A stretch of 62,048 nucleotides of DNA from Pirellulales bacterium (GTDB lineage Bacteria; Planctomycetota; Planctomycetia; Pirellulales; UBA1268): contig JBJTDZ010000141.1 in the NCBI GenBank assembly GCA_046092585.1, forward strand, positions 1 to 62,048. Direction: 5' to 3'. The position numbers were made by a program, and so were the translations under genes. Below, piece by piece: positions 37,635 to 48,600 of the stretch; the first letter of the stretch is position 1; every line of letters begins with the position of its first letter. A model generated the notes under the pieces. That model ran no database searches. It saw nothing but the letters and a program-made list of their open reading frames with translations, and was not told where the DNA came from.

Positions 37635-38878
37635 GGCGTCCCCTTTCGGGCCAACACCCGTGCGGCCGACTGGCGGTAGGTTTCCGCCATGCGGGTGTCA
37701 CCCCGCCGTCGGGCCAGCAGTGCCAGGGCCAGCAGGGCCTCCTCGTGGCTGGCGTCGAGGTAGAGCGTCTTGTGGAAGCAGCCCTCGGCGCGGTCGGCGT
37801 CGCCGACGGCCTGGTGCAGCATGCCCATCAGGAAGAAGACCTCCGGGGCCGGGGGGAGTTTCGCCCGCCAGCGCTCGCAGAGGGCGAGGGCCTCGAGGTG
37901 CCTGCCCGCGTTGGCCAGGTGTCCTGCCTCGTCGAGCAGGTCGCCGAGCGACGGAACCGGCTCCTCGGCCACGGCGTCGGCCGGGGCGACGGGGCGGGGC
38001 GACGCCGGCGCGGCCACGAACCGTGGTGCTGGCCGCCGGGCCGCCTGCGGAGGCCTGGCAGCGGTCGGCGGGGCGGGGCGATCGGCCAGATGGATGCCGC
38101 GGCGCAGCGCGAACACCGATGCCGCGCCCGCCTGGATCCAGTCGCCCCGCATGATGGGCGGCTCGGCGGCACCGAGAATCAGGATGCCGTCGGGGCGAAG
38201 CAGCCCGTCGACGACCCGCTCCACCCGCCGCCGGGCGTCGTCGGTGAGGTAGATCAGCAGGTTGCGGCAAAAGATGACGTCGTACGGCCCGCGGTCGATC
38301 GCGAAGCCCTCGTCGAGCAGGTTGCCCCATGCAAACTTCACGCAGCCGCGGACCCGCTCGTCGATCACCGAGCCCGTGCCGGCCGGGCGAAACCAGCGGT
38401 CGCGAAACGCCGCGTCGGCGTTTCGGAAGGCGTTGGCCGAGTACCGGCCGCGGGCCGCCCGGGCCAGGGCGGCATGGCTGACGTCGACGGCGTCGATCGT
38501 GAACTGCTCCGGCGTCAGCCCGGTGTCGAGCAGGGCCATGGCCACGGAGTAGGGCTCCTCGCCTGACGCGCAGGGGGCACACAGGATCCGCACGGGGGTG
38601 CGTCCCGGAAGCCCGACGAGCGTGGCGGCGAAGTCGGCCACGAACGAGAAGACCTGGCCGTCGCGGAAGAACCAACTCTCGGCGACGATCACCTCCTCCA
38701 CGAGGCGGTCGCGCTCGGCGGCATCACCCCGCACCACCTTGGCGAACGCGTCGGGATCGTCGATGCCGAGGGCGGCCATGCGGGTTCGCACCGCGCGGTC
38801 CACGGCAGCGGATCCGATCGTGGCCGCATCCAGCCCGATCCACTCGCGGAGCAGGTGCTCGACGGGGGCGATGGTCAT
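37631..38878 (-). CDS. cheR: CheR methyltransferase with C-terminal TPR, WspC-like
   Basis: ESWFFRD, CASGEEPYS, DVIFCRNLLIY, TPR with KTLYLD..HEEAL. Confidence 0.94.
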   Translation of the reverse strand: MTIAPVEHLLREWIGLDAATIGSAAVDRAVRTRMAALGIDDPDAFAKVVRGDAAERDRLVEEVIVAESWFFRDGQVFSFVADFAATLVGLPGRTPVRILCAPCASGEEPYSVAMALLDTGLTPEQFTIDAVDVSHAALARAARGRYSANAFRNADAAFRDRWFRPAGTGSVIDERVRGCVKFAWGNLLDEGFAIDRGPYDVIFCRNLLIYLTDDARRRVERVVDGLLRPDGILILGAAEPPIMRGDWIQAGAASVFALRRGIHLADRPAPPTAARPPQAARRPAPRFVAAPASPRPVAPADAVAEEPVPSLGDLLDEAGHLANAGRHLEALALCERWRAKLPPAPEVFFLMGMLHQAVGDADRAEGCFHKTLYLDASHEEALLALALLARRRGDTRMAETYRQSAARVLARKGTP

Positions 38879-39327
38879 GGCAGCGCGGAGTCCGGGGCGG
38901 GGGGCGTGGGGGTCGGCACCTCGTCGGGCAGCAGGCTGTCGATCTCGAGCAGTTGGACCGTGCGGCCGTCGATGCGGAGGATGCGGCCGAGGAAGGGGGC
39001 TCGTGTGGCGTCGAGCGGGGCGAGCGAGGCGGCGGCGTTGGTGTCGGAGCAGATCGAGATCACGTCTTCGGCGATGAGCCCGGTGCGGCGTCGATCGCCG
39101 TCGACCACGATGACCCGCGTGCTGAGCCGCTCCGCGGGGGGCCGCACGCCGAACAGGGTCGCGAGGTCGAGCAGGGGCAGGAGTGCCCCCCGGTAGGTGA
39201 AGACGCCACGGACCGACGGTGGGGTCTGCGGGATCGGCCGCGCCGGAACCAGCGGCAGCACCTCGACCACCCGCCGCGATTCGACCGCGTAGGTCTCTCC
39301 GCCGATGGTGAAGGTGAGCAGTTGCAT
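38875..39327 (-). CDS. cheW: CheW-like adaptor, WspB-like
   Basis: LTFTIGGETYA, VVEVLP, GVFTYRG.LLPLLDL, STRVIVV. Confidence 0.92.
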   Translation of the reverse strand: MQLLTFTIGGETYAVESRRVVEVLPLVPARPIPQTPPSVRGVFTYRGALLPLLDLATLFGVRPPAERLSTRVIVVDGDRRRTGLIAEDVISICSDTNAAASLAPLDATRAPFLGRILRIDGRTVQLLEIDSLLPDEVPTPTPPAPDSALP

Positions 39328-39348
39328 GGGAGGGGTGTGCCGGCGGCG

Positions 39349-41361
39349 TCAGATCGTGAACCGCGAGACCTCCTCCTTGAGGTCGCCGACGGCCTCGCGG
39401 AGGTGCACCGTGGCGCCGTTGAAGTCGTTGAGCGAGGACGCGGTGCGGGATGCGCCTTCGGCGAGACGGATCATCGCCTCGCGGATCTGCTCCGCGCCCT
39501 GCGACTGGGCCCGCATGCCCTCCGTCACCTGGCCGAACCTTCCGGAGATCCCTTGCACCGCGGTGATGATCTCGCCGAGCTTGGCGGACACCGCGCCGAT
39601 CTCGCGGACGCCCGTGCGAACCTGTTCGGCGAACTTGTCCATCTCCATCACGCCCGCCGACACGCTGTACTGCATGTCCTTGACCATGCGTTCGATGTCG
39701 AGCGATGCCACGGCGGTCTGGTCCGCGAGCCGGCGGATCTCGCGTGCCACCACCAGGAAGCCGAGGCCGTATTCACCCGCCTTTTCGGCCTCGATGGCGG
39801 CGTTGATGGAGAGCAGGTTGGTCTGGTCGGCCACCTTGGTGATCGTGGTGACCGCCAGGTTGATGGTGGCGGCCCGCTCGCTGATCACGGCGAGCTTGGA
39901 GCCGAACGAGGCGGTGCTCTCGGCGAGATGTCGCATGGTGCCGTCCATGCCGGCGAGATCGGCCCGTCCGTCCACGGCCATCCGGCCGGTGTGCCCCGCC
40001 ATGTCATTGACCTCCGTCATCGTCCGCACGAGTTCCTGGCTCGTGACGGAGATCTGTTTCACCGCTGCCACGGCCTCGCTGGTGGAGGCGCCGTAGTCGG
40101 TGATCACCTGCTGCTGCTCGCTCGCCGTCGCCTGGATGGCGGTGGCCGTCGAGATCAGCGCCACCGACGAGTGCTGGATCCGGCCGATGAGGCCGCGAAG
40201 GTCGTTGGTCATCGTCTGGATGGCGGTGAGCAGGGCCCCCGTCTCGTCGTCGGTGAGCCCGCCGACGTCGGCCCGCAGGTCGCCGCCGGCCACCTGGTTG
40301 GCCACGGCCACCGCGGTGCGGATCGGCGTGGAGATGGTGCGGGCCACGACGAGGGCCGCAGCCGTCACGCCCACGATCGTCGCCAGCGAGAGGCCGATCA
40401 CCGCGAGCCGCTGGAAACGGATCAGCCCGAAGGCCTCGTCGGCATCCTGCTTGACGACGAGCCCCCAGCGGAAGCTGGGCACGTAGCACCAGGCCGCTGC
40501 CACGTCGGTGCCGCGGTAGTCGACCGCCTCGCCGTAGCCGCGGTCGCCGGCCGCCGCCCGTTGCGTGGACGTCGCCTGCGCCGAGGTGAGAGGAATACGG
40601 AGGCGGAACGGGGCGTTGGTGGCGTGCCGCAAGGGCGTGGTGATCAGCACCGACGAGCCGGCGAGTTCACCGCCCACGATCTCGCCGGTGTCGCCGAGCC
40701 CGGTCAGGTCGGAGAGGATCTTCCACACCCGCTGCGTGCCGATGGCCAGCGCGAGGACGCCGGTGACCCGACCCTCGTCGAAGACGGGGCAGGTGACGAA
40801 GGCGAGGGGCGTCATCGACCGGCCGTAGGGCTGGAAGCCGGAGAGATCCGACTGCAGCAGCGTGCGGGCGCGGTCGAAGCCCGTGGCGAGTTCGGAGGAT
40901 GCGAGCACGCCCCCCGTCACGCTGCCGCCGCGGGGCACGTCGTCGCCCAGTGAAAACACGACCCGACCGGTGGCGTCGAGGAGCAGCAGATCGGCGTAGT
41001 CGAACGCCTTGGCGACGTAGGTGAAGTACTCGTGAAACTCGTCGCCGGCTTCCCGCAGCTGCTCGGCGTCGGTCAGCGGCGACAACTCGCGAATGGCCTG
41101 CACGAAGGTCGGTCCACGGGCAAAGGCGGCACAGTCGCGAACCCGCTCGGCGGCGTAGGCCTCCAACTCGTTGGCCTTGCCGGCGGCGATCTGCACGAGG
41201 TTGTCGCGCACCGCTTTCTCGAGCGCCCGTGTCGCGATGCGGGCCGTGATCGCAGTAAGGATCGCGCACGGGATGAGTGCGATCACGAGGAACCAGAAGA
41301 GCAATCGGCCCGCGATCGACCGCCGCAGGCTGCCGCCGCGGTGCTCGGTGTGCATGCTCAT
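39349..41361 (-). CDS. Methyl-accepting chemotaxis protein with dCache-like sensor, WspA-like
   Basis: TM1, about 280-aa periplasmic domain (DYRG..V.AAW..WGLVVK), TM2, HAMP, signalling tip [25 protein letters not shown]. Confidence 0.94.
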   Translation of the reverse strand: MSMHTEHRGGSLRRSIAGRLLFWFLVIALIPCAILTAITARIATRALEKAVRDNLVQIAAGKANELEAYAAERVRDCAAFARGPTFVQAIRELSPLTDAEQLREAGDEFHEYFTYVAKAFDYADLLLLDATGRVVFSLGDDVPRGGSVTGGVLASSELATGFDRARTLLQSDLSGFQPYGRSMTPLAFVTCPVFDEGRVTGVLALAIGTQRVWKILSDLTGLGDTGEIVGGELAGSSVLITTPLRHATNAPFRLRIPLTSAQATSTQRAAAGDRGYGEAVDYRGTDVAAAWCYVPSFRWGLVVKQDADEAFGLIRFQRLAVIGLSLATIVGVTAAALVVARTISTPIRTAVAVANQVAGGDLRADVGGLTDDETGALLTAIQTMTNDLRGLIGRIQHSSVALISTATAIQATASEQQQVITDYGASTSEAVAAVKQISVTSQELVRTMTEVNDMAGHTGRMAVDGRADLAGMDGTMRHLAESTASFGSKLAVISERAATINLAVTTITKVADQTNLLSINAAIEAEKAGEYGLGFLVVAREIRRLADQTAVASLDIERMVKDMQYSVSAGVMEMDKFAEQVRTGVREIGAVSAKLGEIITAVQGISGRFGQVTEGMRAQSQGAEQIREAMIRLAEGASRTASSLNDFNGATVHLREAVGDLKEEVSRFTI

Positions 41362-42725
41362 CGCGTGGCCTCCATCGCGTCCGTCGGGCCGCCGGGGGCG
41401 GTCGTCGTGTTGCCCCATTGGCCGCCCCAGGACCGCCGCAGGTCGCCCACGAACGCCTCCCATTCGGGCCGCGAACGGGAGATCGGAAATGGGACGGGCC
41501 GCACGGCCGTCCGGCTGGTCCAGACGATGTCGAACTGCCCGTCGTTCCGCACGCGGCCGATGAACACCGGCCGCCAGGTGTGCTGCGTTTCCGGATCGAT
41601 CGCGATGATGCCCTCCGGCGCGTTCATGCTCTGGTGCCGCATCGCGTTGCGAACCGGCCGCACGTCGGCGGTCTCGGCCTCGCGCACGGCCTGGGCCCAG
41701 AGTCGCACGCTGTTGTAGGCCGCGACCGTGACATCGGAGGCCACGCGGTCGGCACCGTAGCGGGCCTTGAAGGCCCGCACGAACGCCAGGTTCTCCGGCC
41801 GCTCGATACTCTGGAAGTAGTTCCATGCGGCATAGGTGCCCGCAAGGGTGGCGGCCGACCCGTCACGGAGTTCGTTTTCCGCGATGGCGAACGTCACGAT
41901 CGGGGTCGTCTCCGCCGACAGCCCCGCCGCCCGCACGGCCCGCGCGAACGGGATCGCCGAGTCACCCACCACGGTGCTCAGGATCACGTCGGGTTTCGCG
42001 GCGGCGATGCGGGCGGCGAGCGCGTCGGCGTCGGTGCTGCCGAAGGGGAGGTAGGCCTCGCCCACCAGCGTGGCGTCGAGGCCCGCGAGCTGGTCGGCGG
42101 CGATTGCGTTGACGCAGTGGGGCCAGATGTAGTCGGAGCCCACCAGGAAAAACCGACGGGCCTGCAGGGCGTCGTGGCACCACTGCACCGCCGGGGTGAT
42201 CTGCTGGTTGGGTGCAGCACCGGTGTAGATGATGTTCGGTGACTGCTCGAGACCCTCGTACGCCATGGGGTAGACGAGGAGGTGATCGTGCGACTCGACC
42301 ACCGGCAGCACGCTCTTGCGGGAGGCGCTGGTCCAGCAGCCGAAGATCACGCTCACGCCATGCTCGCGGATCAGCGACTCCGCCTCGCGGGCGAATGTGG
42401 GCCAGTCGGAGGCACCGTCGGCGACCACCCAGCGGATCGGCCTGCCGAGGAGACCGCCCTGCCTGTTCAGTTCCTCGAGCGCGAGGATTTCCGCGTCGAT
42501 CATCGAGCGTTCGCTGACGGCCATGGGACCGGTCTGCGAGTGGAGGATGCCGACGACGATCGGGTGGCGGGCAATCAGGATCCTGTCGACGGCAAACCAC
42601 GCGGCGGCCGCCAACGCCGCGATCCCGAGCACGACGACGGAGCCGAGCCAGCGGCGCGCGGGGCGGGCGTCGGCTTCCGCCGTGGCCGGCCGGGCGACGG
42701 TCGGTGACATCCGGGCCATGGACAT
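41358..42725 (-). CDS. UrtA/AmiC-family urea/amide-binding protein, membrane-anchored, no transporter adjacent
   Basis: [61 protein letters not shown]. Start uncertain (42725/42719/42710). Stop overlaps the MCP start. Confidence 0.9.
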   Translation of the reverse strand: MSMARMSPTVARPATAEADARPARRWLGSVVVLGIAALAAAAWFAVDRILIARHPIVVGILHSQTGPMAVSERSMIDAEILALEELNRQGGLLGRPIRWVVADGASDWPTFAREAESLIREHGVSVIFGCWTSASRKSVLPVVESHDHLLVYPMAYEGLEQSPNIIYTGAAPNQQITPAVQWCHDALQARRFFLVGSDYIWPHCVNAIAADQLAGLDATLVGEAYLPFGSTDADALAARIAAAKPDVILSTVVGDSAIPFARAVRAAGLSAETTPIVTFAIAENELRDGSAATLAGTYAAWNYFQSIERPENLAFVRAFKARYGADRVASDVTVAAYNSVRLWAQAVREAETADVRPVRNAMRHQSMNAPEGIIAIDPETQHTWRPVFIGRVRNDGQFDIVWTSRTAVRPVPFPISRSRPEWEAFVGDLRRSWGGQWGNTTTAPGGPTDAMEATR

Positions 42726-43098
42726 GGAAAGACCATTCGAGGTGACGGCGGCGGTGGCAGGCCGGCACGCACGGCGCGCACCGCACCACCCTGCCGCTCC
42801 TGCAATCTTTGTCCATCTTTCCCGACCGGGCGACGAGCCGGCGAGAAAACGGGGCCGAGGGCGCCGGTCGTCCCGGTTTTTCGGCCGCAGGAGGGCATCT
42901 CGCCCGGTTCGACCGTCACCAGTCGTTCGAACGCCCCCCACCGTGCGGGCCCCCTCGCCCGCCGGTTGCCCGGGACGGCCTTCTGGCCCGGTGCCCGCAA
43001 ATGGGGTATATCAACGAGGCGGCGCGAGCGTGGCTCCGTACCGGGGGTGCCCGGGGTCGAAGCGTGCGGGTGGACGTCGCTGCGAAGGACGCCGACGA

Positions 43099-44235
43099 AT
43101 GGAGTGTGCAACCGGTTCCGCGCGGGCCAACGACGCGATCCAGCGGATCGTCGGTGTCTCCCCGTGGGCGGAGCAGGTGCGGCGCTCGATCGAACTGGTC
43201 GCCGTCCACCAGTCGAGCGTGCTGATCCTCGGCCCGAGCGGCACGGGGAAGGAGCTGATCGCGCGGGCGATTCATGCCTGCAGCCTGCGGTCGAAGAAAC
43301 CCTTCATCCCCGTCGACTGCGCGGTCACCACGGGCACGCTCTTCGCCAGCCACATGTTCGGGCACGTGAAGGGGTCGTTCACCGGTGCCACGTCATCGAC
43401 GCTCGGCTGCTTCCGCGCGGCCGACGCGGGCACCATCTTCCTCGACGAGATCGGGGAGATGGAGCTCGAACTGCAGGCCAAGCTGCTTCGCGTGCTCCAG
43501 CAACGCGTCGTGGTGCCGGTCGGCAGCCACCAGGAGATACCGGTCGACGTGCGGGTGCTGGCCGCCACGAATCGTGATCTCGCCGCCGAGGTGCAGGCCG
43601 GGCGCTTTCGAGAGGATCTCTTCTACCGTCTCAACGTGGTGGCGATCCGCACCATTCCGCTTCGCGAGCGGGTCGAGGACATCCCCGTGCTGGCGGATCG
43701 CTACCTGGCGGAGCTCGCCACCCGTCATGGCATGCCGATGTGCACGCTGTCGCCATCGGCGGTCGAGGTGCTGCAGGGCTACTCGTGGCCCGGCAATGTC
43801 CGCGAGCTCGAAAACGTGCTGGAGAGGGCGGTGATGTTTTCGTCGGGCGACCAGATCGATCCCGACGCGCTTACGGGCCTGATGATGGGATCGCAGCCCG
43901 GTGCGACGCCAGCCCCCGGTGGCATCGGCCAACTGGCTGCGGCCGCAGGGCAGGGCATCGTTTCACCGACGCCGTTGCCGGGCGTATACCGCGTGGAGCC
44001 GAGGCTGGTGCCGGCGGTCCCCGCCGCGCCGCCGGCGAAGGACGACAGCTCGGCAGCGACCGGTGACGGCTGGCCCACCCTGGCCGACGTGGAGCGGATG
44101 CACCTCGAGAAGACGCTTGCGGCCACCATGCGCAACAAGTCGCTGGCGGCGAAGATGCTGGGCGTCGACCGCTCGGTGCTGCGGCGGAAGCTGCAGCGGC
44201 ACGGCCTCGACGACACCGCCGGCGCGGGCGAGTAG
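43099..44235 (+). CDS. Sigma54-dependent enhancer-binding protein with no N-terminal regulatory domain
   Basis: Walker [15 protein letters not shown] loop, [26 protein letters not shown], Fis-type HTH; only about 15 aa precede the AAA+ domain. Confidence 0.9.
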   Translation: MECATGSARANDAIQRIVGVSPWAEQVRRSIELVAVHQSSVLILGPSGTGKELIARAIHACSLRSKKPFIPVDCAVTTGTLFASHMFGHVKGSFTGATSSTLGCFRAADAGTIFLDEIGEMELELQAKLLRVLQQRVVVPVGSHQEIPVDVRVLAATNRDLAAEVQAGRFREDLFYRLNVVAIRTIPLRERVEDIPVLADRYLAELATRHGMPMCTLSPSAVEVLQGYSWPGNVRELENVLERAVMFSSGDQIDPDALTGLMMGSQPGATPAPGGIGQLAAAAGQGIVSPTPLPGVYRVEPRLVPAVPAAPPAKDDSSAATGDGWPTLADVERMHLEKTLAATMRNKSLAAKMLGVDRSVLRRKLQRHGLDDTAGAGE

Positions 44236-44240
44236 CCGGT

Positions 44241-45092
44241 TCAGCCGGCCTTGGCCCGGACGACCGACGCGGCGTCGTCCTCCGGCACCCGCAGGCGAAG
44301 CGTGGCGGCGGGCGGGGCGCGTCGCTCCTGGGCGAAGCCGCGGGTGCCGCTGGCCAGGAACGCCTTGAGGTGTGCGGCGGGGCCGGCCGGCAACTCCTGC
44401 TCGAGCGCGTCGAGCACGTCCTTCCACGACAGTCCCCGACGGTACACGATCCGGTAGGCAGCCTTGAGGTCGGCGACATCCTCGGCGGAGTGCCCGCTGC
44501 GGCGCAGGCCGACCACGTTGAGCCCGACGATGCAACCGCTCTGGCCGTCGACCAGCATGTATGGGGGCACGTCCTGCACGATGCGGGCATGGCCTCCCAC
44601 CATCGCCAGTCGGCCGATGCGGCAGAACTGGTGCACCGCGACGGCCCCGGAGACGAACGCCCGGTCTTCCACCGTGACGTGACCACCGAGCAGGGCCCCG
44701 TTGGCGAAGATGCAGTTGCTGCCGACCACCACGTCGTGCCCGAAGTGCGCCCCGACCATCACGTAGTTGTGACTGCCCACGGTCGTCGCCGCATCCGGCT
44801 TGAGGGCACGGTGCACGGTGGCGTGCTCGCGAAACACGTTGTGGTCGCCGATCGTCACCCGACCGATGGTCTGCGGCCGGGCCACGTGCTGCGGCGGCCC
44901 GCCGATCACGGCGTGCTCGCCAAACTCGTTGTGACAGCCCGCGCGGACGCCCGCCTTGATCGCGGCGCCGCTGGCCACCGTGCAGAAATCGCCGAGTTCG
45001 ACGTCACCCTCGACGGTCGCGAAGGCACCGATCTTCACCCCGACTCCGAGGCGCGCATCCGGACTCACAACGGCCATCGGATGGATGCTCAC
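44241..45092 (-). CDS. lpxA: UDP-N-acetylglucosamine acyltransferase
   Basis: IHPMAVV hexapeptide repeats, IGGPPQ, FREHATVHR, HFGHD, GGHV, HQFCRIG, GLNVVGLRR. Confidence 0.92.
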   Translation of the reverse strand: MSIHPMAVVSPDARLGVGVKIGAFATVEGDVELGDFCTVASGAAIKAGVRAGCHNEFGEHAVIGGPPQHVARPQTIGRVTIGDHNVFREHATVHRALKPDAATTVGSHNYVMVGAHFGHDVVVGSNCIFANGALLGGHVTVEDRAFVSGAVAVHQFCRIGRLAMVGGHARIVQDVPPYMLVDGQSGCIVGLNVVGLRRSGHSAEDVADLKAAYRIVYRRGLSWKDVLDALEQELPAGPAAHLKAFLASGTRGFAQERRAPPAATLRLRVPEDDAASVVRAKAG

Positions 45093-45305
45093 GGCGCGCC
45101 TTTCGCTCGGGGACTGGGCGGAACCCGCGGGTTTATCGGCTTGGCGGCGGCACGGATTCAATGCCAGTTCGGCGTTCCCGGGATACGTCGCCCGGACCTC
45201 CCCCTCGGGCCAGTCGCCCCCGCTTCCCCGGCTTTCCGGGTCGCGGCGAGCCCCTATACTCCCCCGGGCACGATTGGCCCCTTCCACCGCCGAGGACGCA
45301 CCGCC

Positions 45306-45617
45306 ATGTCATCCCGCGACGAACGCTATGCCGCCGCCGAGAAACTCAAGGATGCCGGAGATCTGGCGGCCGCCGTGACGGCCATGGAGGCCCTCGTCGC
45401 CGACGAGTCGGATTTCGCCCTGGCGCACTCGGCCTTGGCGGCATGGTGCACGCGGTTGGAACGGCATGAACAGGCCGTGCAGCACGCCCGTCGGGTCGTG
45501 GAACTCGAGCCCCGCGACCCGTTCAGCTACACCGCCCTGAGCGTCGCCTGCATGCGCGCCGGGCTCATTCCCGAGGCGGAAGACGCGCTGGCCCGCTCCC
45601 GGATGCTCCAGGGCTGA
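45306..45617 (+). CDS. Small TPR protein
   Basis: Three TPR-like helix pairs (ALAHSALA, VELEPRDPFSYTALS). Confidence 0.8.
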   Translation: MSSRDERYAAAEKLKDAGDLAAAVTAMEALVADESDFALAHSALAAWCTRLERHEQAVQHARRVVELEPRDPFSYTALSVACMRAGLIPEAEDALARSRMLQG

Positions 45618-45627
45618 CGAGGAGGCA

Positions 45628-48600
45628 TCATCCCTGGGGGGGCAGGGGCTTCGGCTCGGCAACGCCGAGCGCGGCCTCGAGGTCGCCGAGGATCTTGCGG
45701 TCGGCGGGCGAGAGTCGGGAGATCGCCAGCCCCTTCCGCCTCCCCGCGTCGAGCGACCGACGGGCCGCTGACTCGTCACCCGCCTGCAACTGGGCCCAGG
45801 CGAGATGCAGGAACTTCACGTCGGTCGCCTGGAGGACGGCCTCCTGCAGGTCGGTCACCGCATCACGGGCATCGCCGGCCGCGAGCAGCACCATGCCGCG
45901 GGTGTCGAGCAGGTCGGGCAGCGGGCCGAGTTCGTCGATCGCGCGGTCGATGAGCGTCCGTGCCTCGCCGACCGTCGCCGGCTTGGCAAGATGAAACGCC
46001 AGGTTGTTGGAGACGATCGCCTTCTGCGTGCCGTCGAGCTCGGCGCTGGCGAGAAGGTCGCGGTAGATCGCCTCGGCGGCGTCCGGATTTCCCTCGAGCG
46101 ACCGCAGTTCCGCCTCGAGCAGCCGCAGCACGACGGAACCCGGGTCGATCCGGCGTCCCTTCGCGATCCACGCCTCGACGCGGGGGGCGACCGTCGCGGG
46201 AGTCTCGTGGCAGCGGACGATCTGCATGGCGGAGGTCAGCAGCCGCTCCAGCGGGATCGCATTCCAATGGGCGTCGAGCAGGTCGAGAGCCTCGTCAATC
46301 CGCCCTTGCCGGCCGAGGAAATCGGCCCGGGCGACGACGCCGTCGGCGGAACGCTCCGCAAGCTGATGCCGGGGGGCATCGTGGCTGGCGACCAGCCGGC
46401 GCAGCTCAACGCCGTCGCCCGGCTGATGGAGCAACTCGGCTTCCCCAAGGCCGCCGACAAGGTGCTGGCCCAGCTTGCGGGCCGCCTCCGCGGCGAGCTT
46501 GCGATCCTGCTGGGCGATCGCGAACTTCGCCTCCAGCGCGATCGTGATGGCCGAGTCGGGGCTCGCTTTCTGGAGCCGGGCCAGCCACGGGCGGGCTGAC
46601 GAGACCTCGCCGTGATCGAGCATCTTCTCGACCAGCATGGCGATGTACGCCGGCGGCACGTTCGGTCCGGCGACCACCGCGACCAACTCGTTCCGGCAGT
46701 CGTCCCATGCCCCCACCTTCTCGTGAAGCTGGGCCAGCATGATCCGCTGGCCGATGGACAGCGGCTGCTTCCGCGAGAGTTCCTCGAGCGTCGCGATCGC
46801 CTGCTTCCAGCTGGCCGGTTCGGGCCTGCTCGTGAGCAGCTTGATCAGGAGCAGGGTGTCTTCGACCGACATCTGCCTCGTGTCGTCGACGTTCTCCTGC
46901 AGGAGCTGCATCGCCCGCTGCATGTCGCGAAACGTGCCCCGCTCGGCGATCATTTCGGCCATCATTCTCCGGGCCCAGGCCCGTTCCCCGCGGGCGGCGG
47001 CCGAGTCATCCGTGGAGGCGATCATCGCGTCGAGGGTTTCGCGGGCCGGACCGAGACGGCCGCACCGCACGAGGAAGGCCGCGAGCCCGCGGCTCGACTC
47101 CAGGTTGCCCGGGGCGACGCGCACCGCCTCGCGAAACGCCTCCTCCGCCTCGTCGGGTCGTCCGAGCATCTCGTAGCCCTGGGCGAGAGTCAGCTGCCGC
47201 TTCGGCTCCGGCATCAACTCGGCGGCCCTGGCGAGACTCCGCGCCGCCAGCGGATTGCGGCCCATCGCGACCTGCTGGGAGAAGAGCGCCACCCAGGCAT
47301 CGCTGCGCTCGGGGGCGACGTCCGTGGCCCGCGTGAGCACGTCGGCGGCACGGTCGTTCTTCCCGGAGCGGGCGAGCAGCTGGCCGAGCCAGAGGAGGTC
47401 GTCCGGATTCGACGAATCCCGCTCAACGCTGCGCTCGGCGAGCGCGACGGCGTCGTCGAACTTGCCGGCCCGCAGTTCTGCCTCGGCGTTGAGCCGCTCC
47501 AGACCTTGCTCCCCTTCAACGCCCAGCGTCTCCATCGCCAGCCTGGCCTCTTCGAGCCGGTTGGAGGCATAGAGCAGTGACACAAGCCGCCGCGTGAGCG
47601 CGGGGCTTGCGGGCCCGAGTGCCACGGCCTTTTTCAGCCGCTCGATCGCGCCGGACACATTGCCCTTCAGGCCCTCGATCTCCGCGGAGAGCACCTGGAG
47701 TTGGTTCCAGCCGGGGCGGTCGTTCTCGGCTTCGATGAGCAGGTTCCGCGCCTCGTCGAGCCGTCGTCGTTCCTCGGCGGAAAGCGCCGAGACGTCCTCG
47801 CCCGAGGCCTGCCGCTGCGCGGCGGACTTCCGCACTTCGAAGATCAGCACGCCCGCCTCAGCCGCCCGGGCTCGGGCTGACCCCGCGCCCGATGCCCTCG
47901 CGACACCAGCCGCCGCCGCCTTGGCCGCCTCGAGATCGCCGCGGGCGACGGCAAGTTCGAGCAGTGCCTCGTGCGGGCGGATCTCGTCGGGCTGCAGCGC
48001 GGCCACACTGGTCCAGATCCGCGTGGCGGTCTCCGTCTGTCCGGCGGCCAGCGCGACGCCGGCGATCGTCGAGAGCGTTTCGGCCGCCTGATCCGGCGGG
48101 AGCGAGGCCGCCATGGCCTCGATGTCGGCGAGCGTCTCACCGGCCGCCGCCTCGGGGCGGCGTGCCGCCGCCTGCGCTCTCACGACCAACACCGGCGGCG
48201 TGTCGGCGACGGTCGGGGGGGCCTTGGCCAGCAGGTCCGTCGCCGCGTCCGGGCCGTCTGTTCGCAGCACGAGCGTGGCGAGCGCCGACCAGACCTGCGG
48301 ATCGGGCTCGCGATCGGCGGTCGTTTGCAGCAGTTCGCGGGCGGTGTCCCGCTCGCCCTTGCGCACCAGCGAGTCGGCGCGGAGAAGCAGCAACTGTGTC
48401 GGCGTCACCTCGGCCGACTGCTGCAGGATGTCGAGCAGGGCGTCGACCTTGTCCCAGTCGCGGTCGGCCGCCGGCAGGCTGGCCTGCGTCTGCATCCGCA
48501 GCTGCAGCAGCGGGTACCACACCTGGGGCACGGCGGCCAACTGGTCGGGCGGCAGGGCGGCCGCGAGCGACTCGAACTCGGCGAGCGCCTCGCTGATCTT

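Noticed and set aside
42801..42815. Sigma54-like promoter TGGACAAAGATTGCA (minus strand) upstream of the UrtA-like gene
   Set aside because: Only 9 nt lie between GG and GC, whereas sigma54 -24/-12 promoters need 10.
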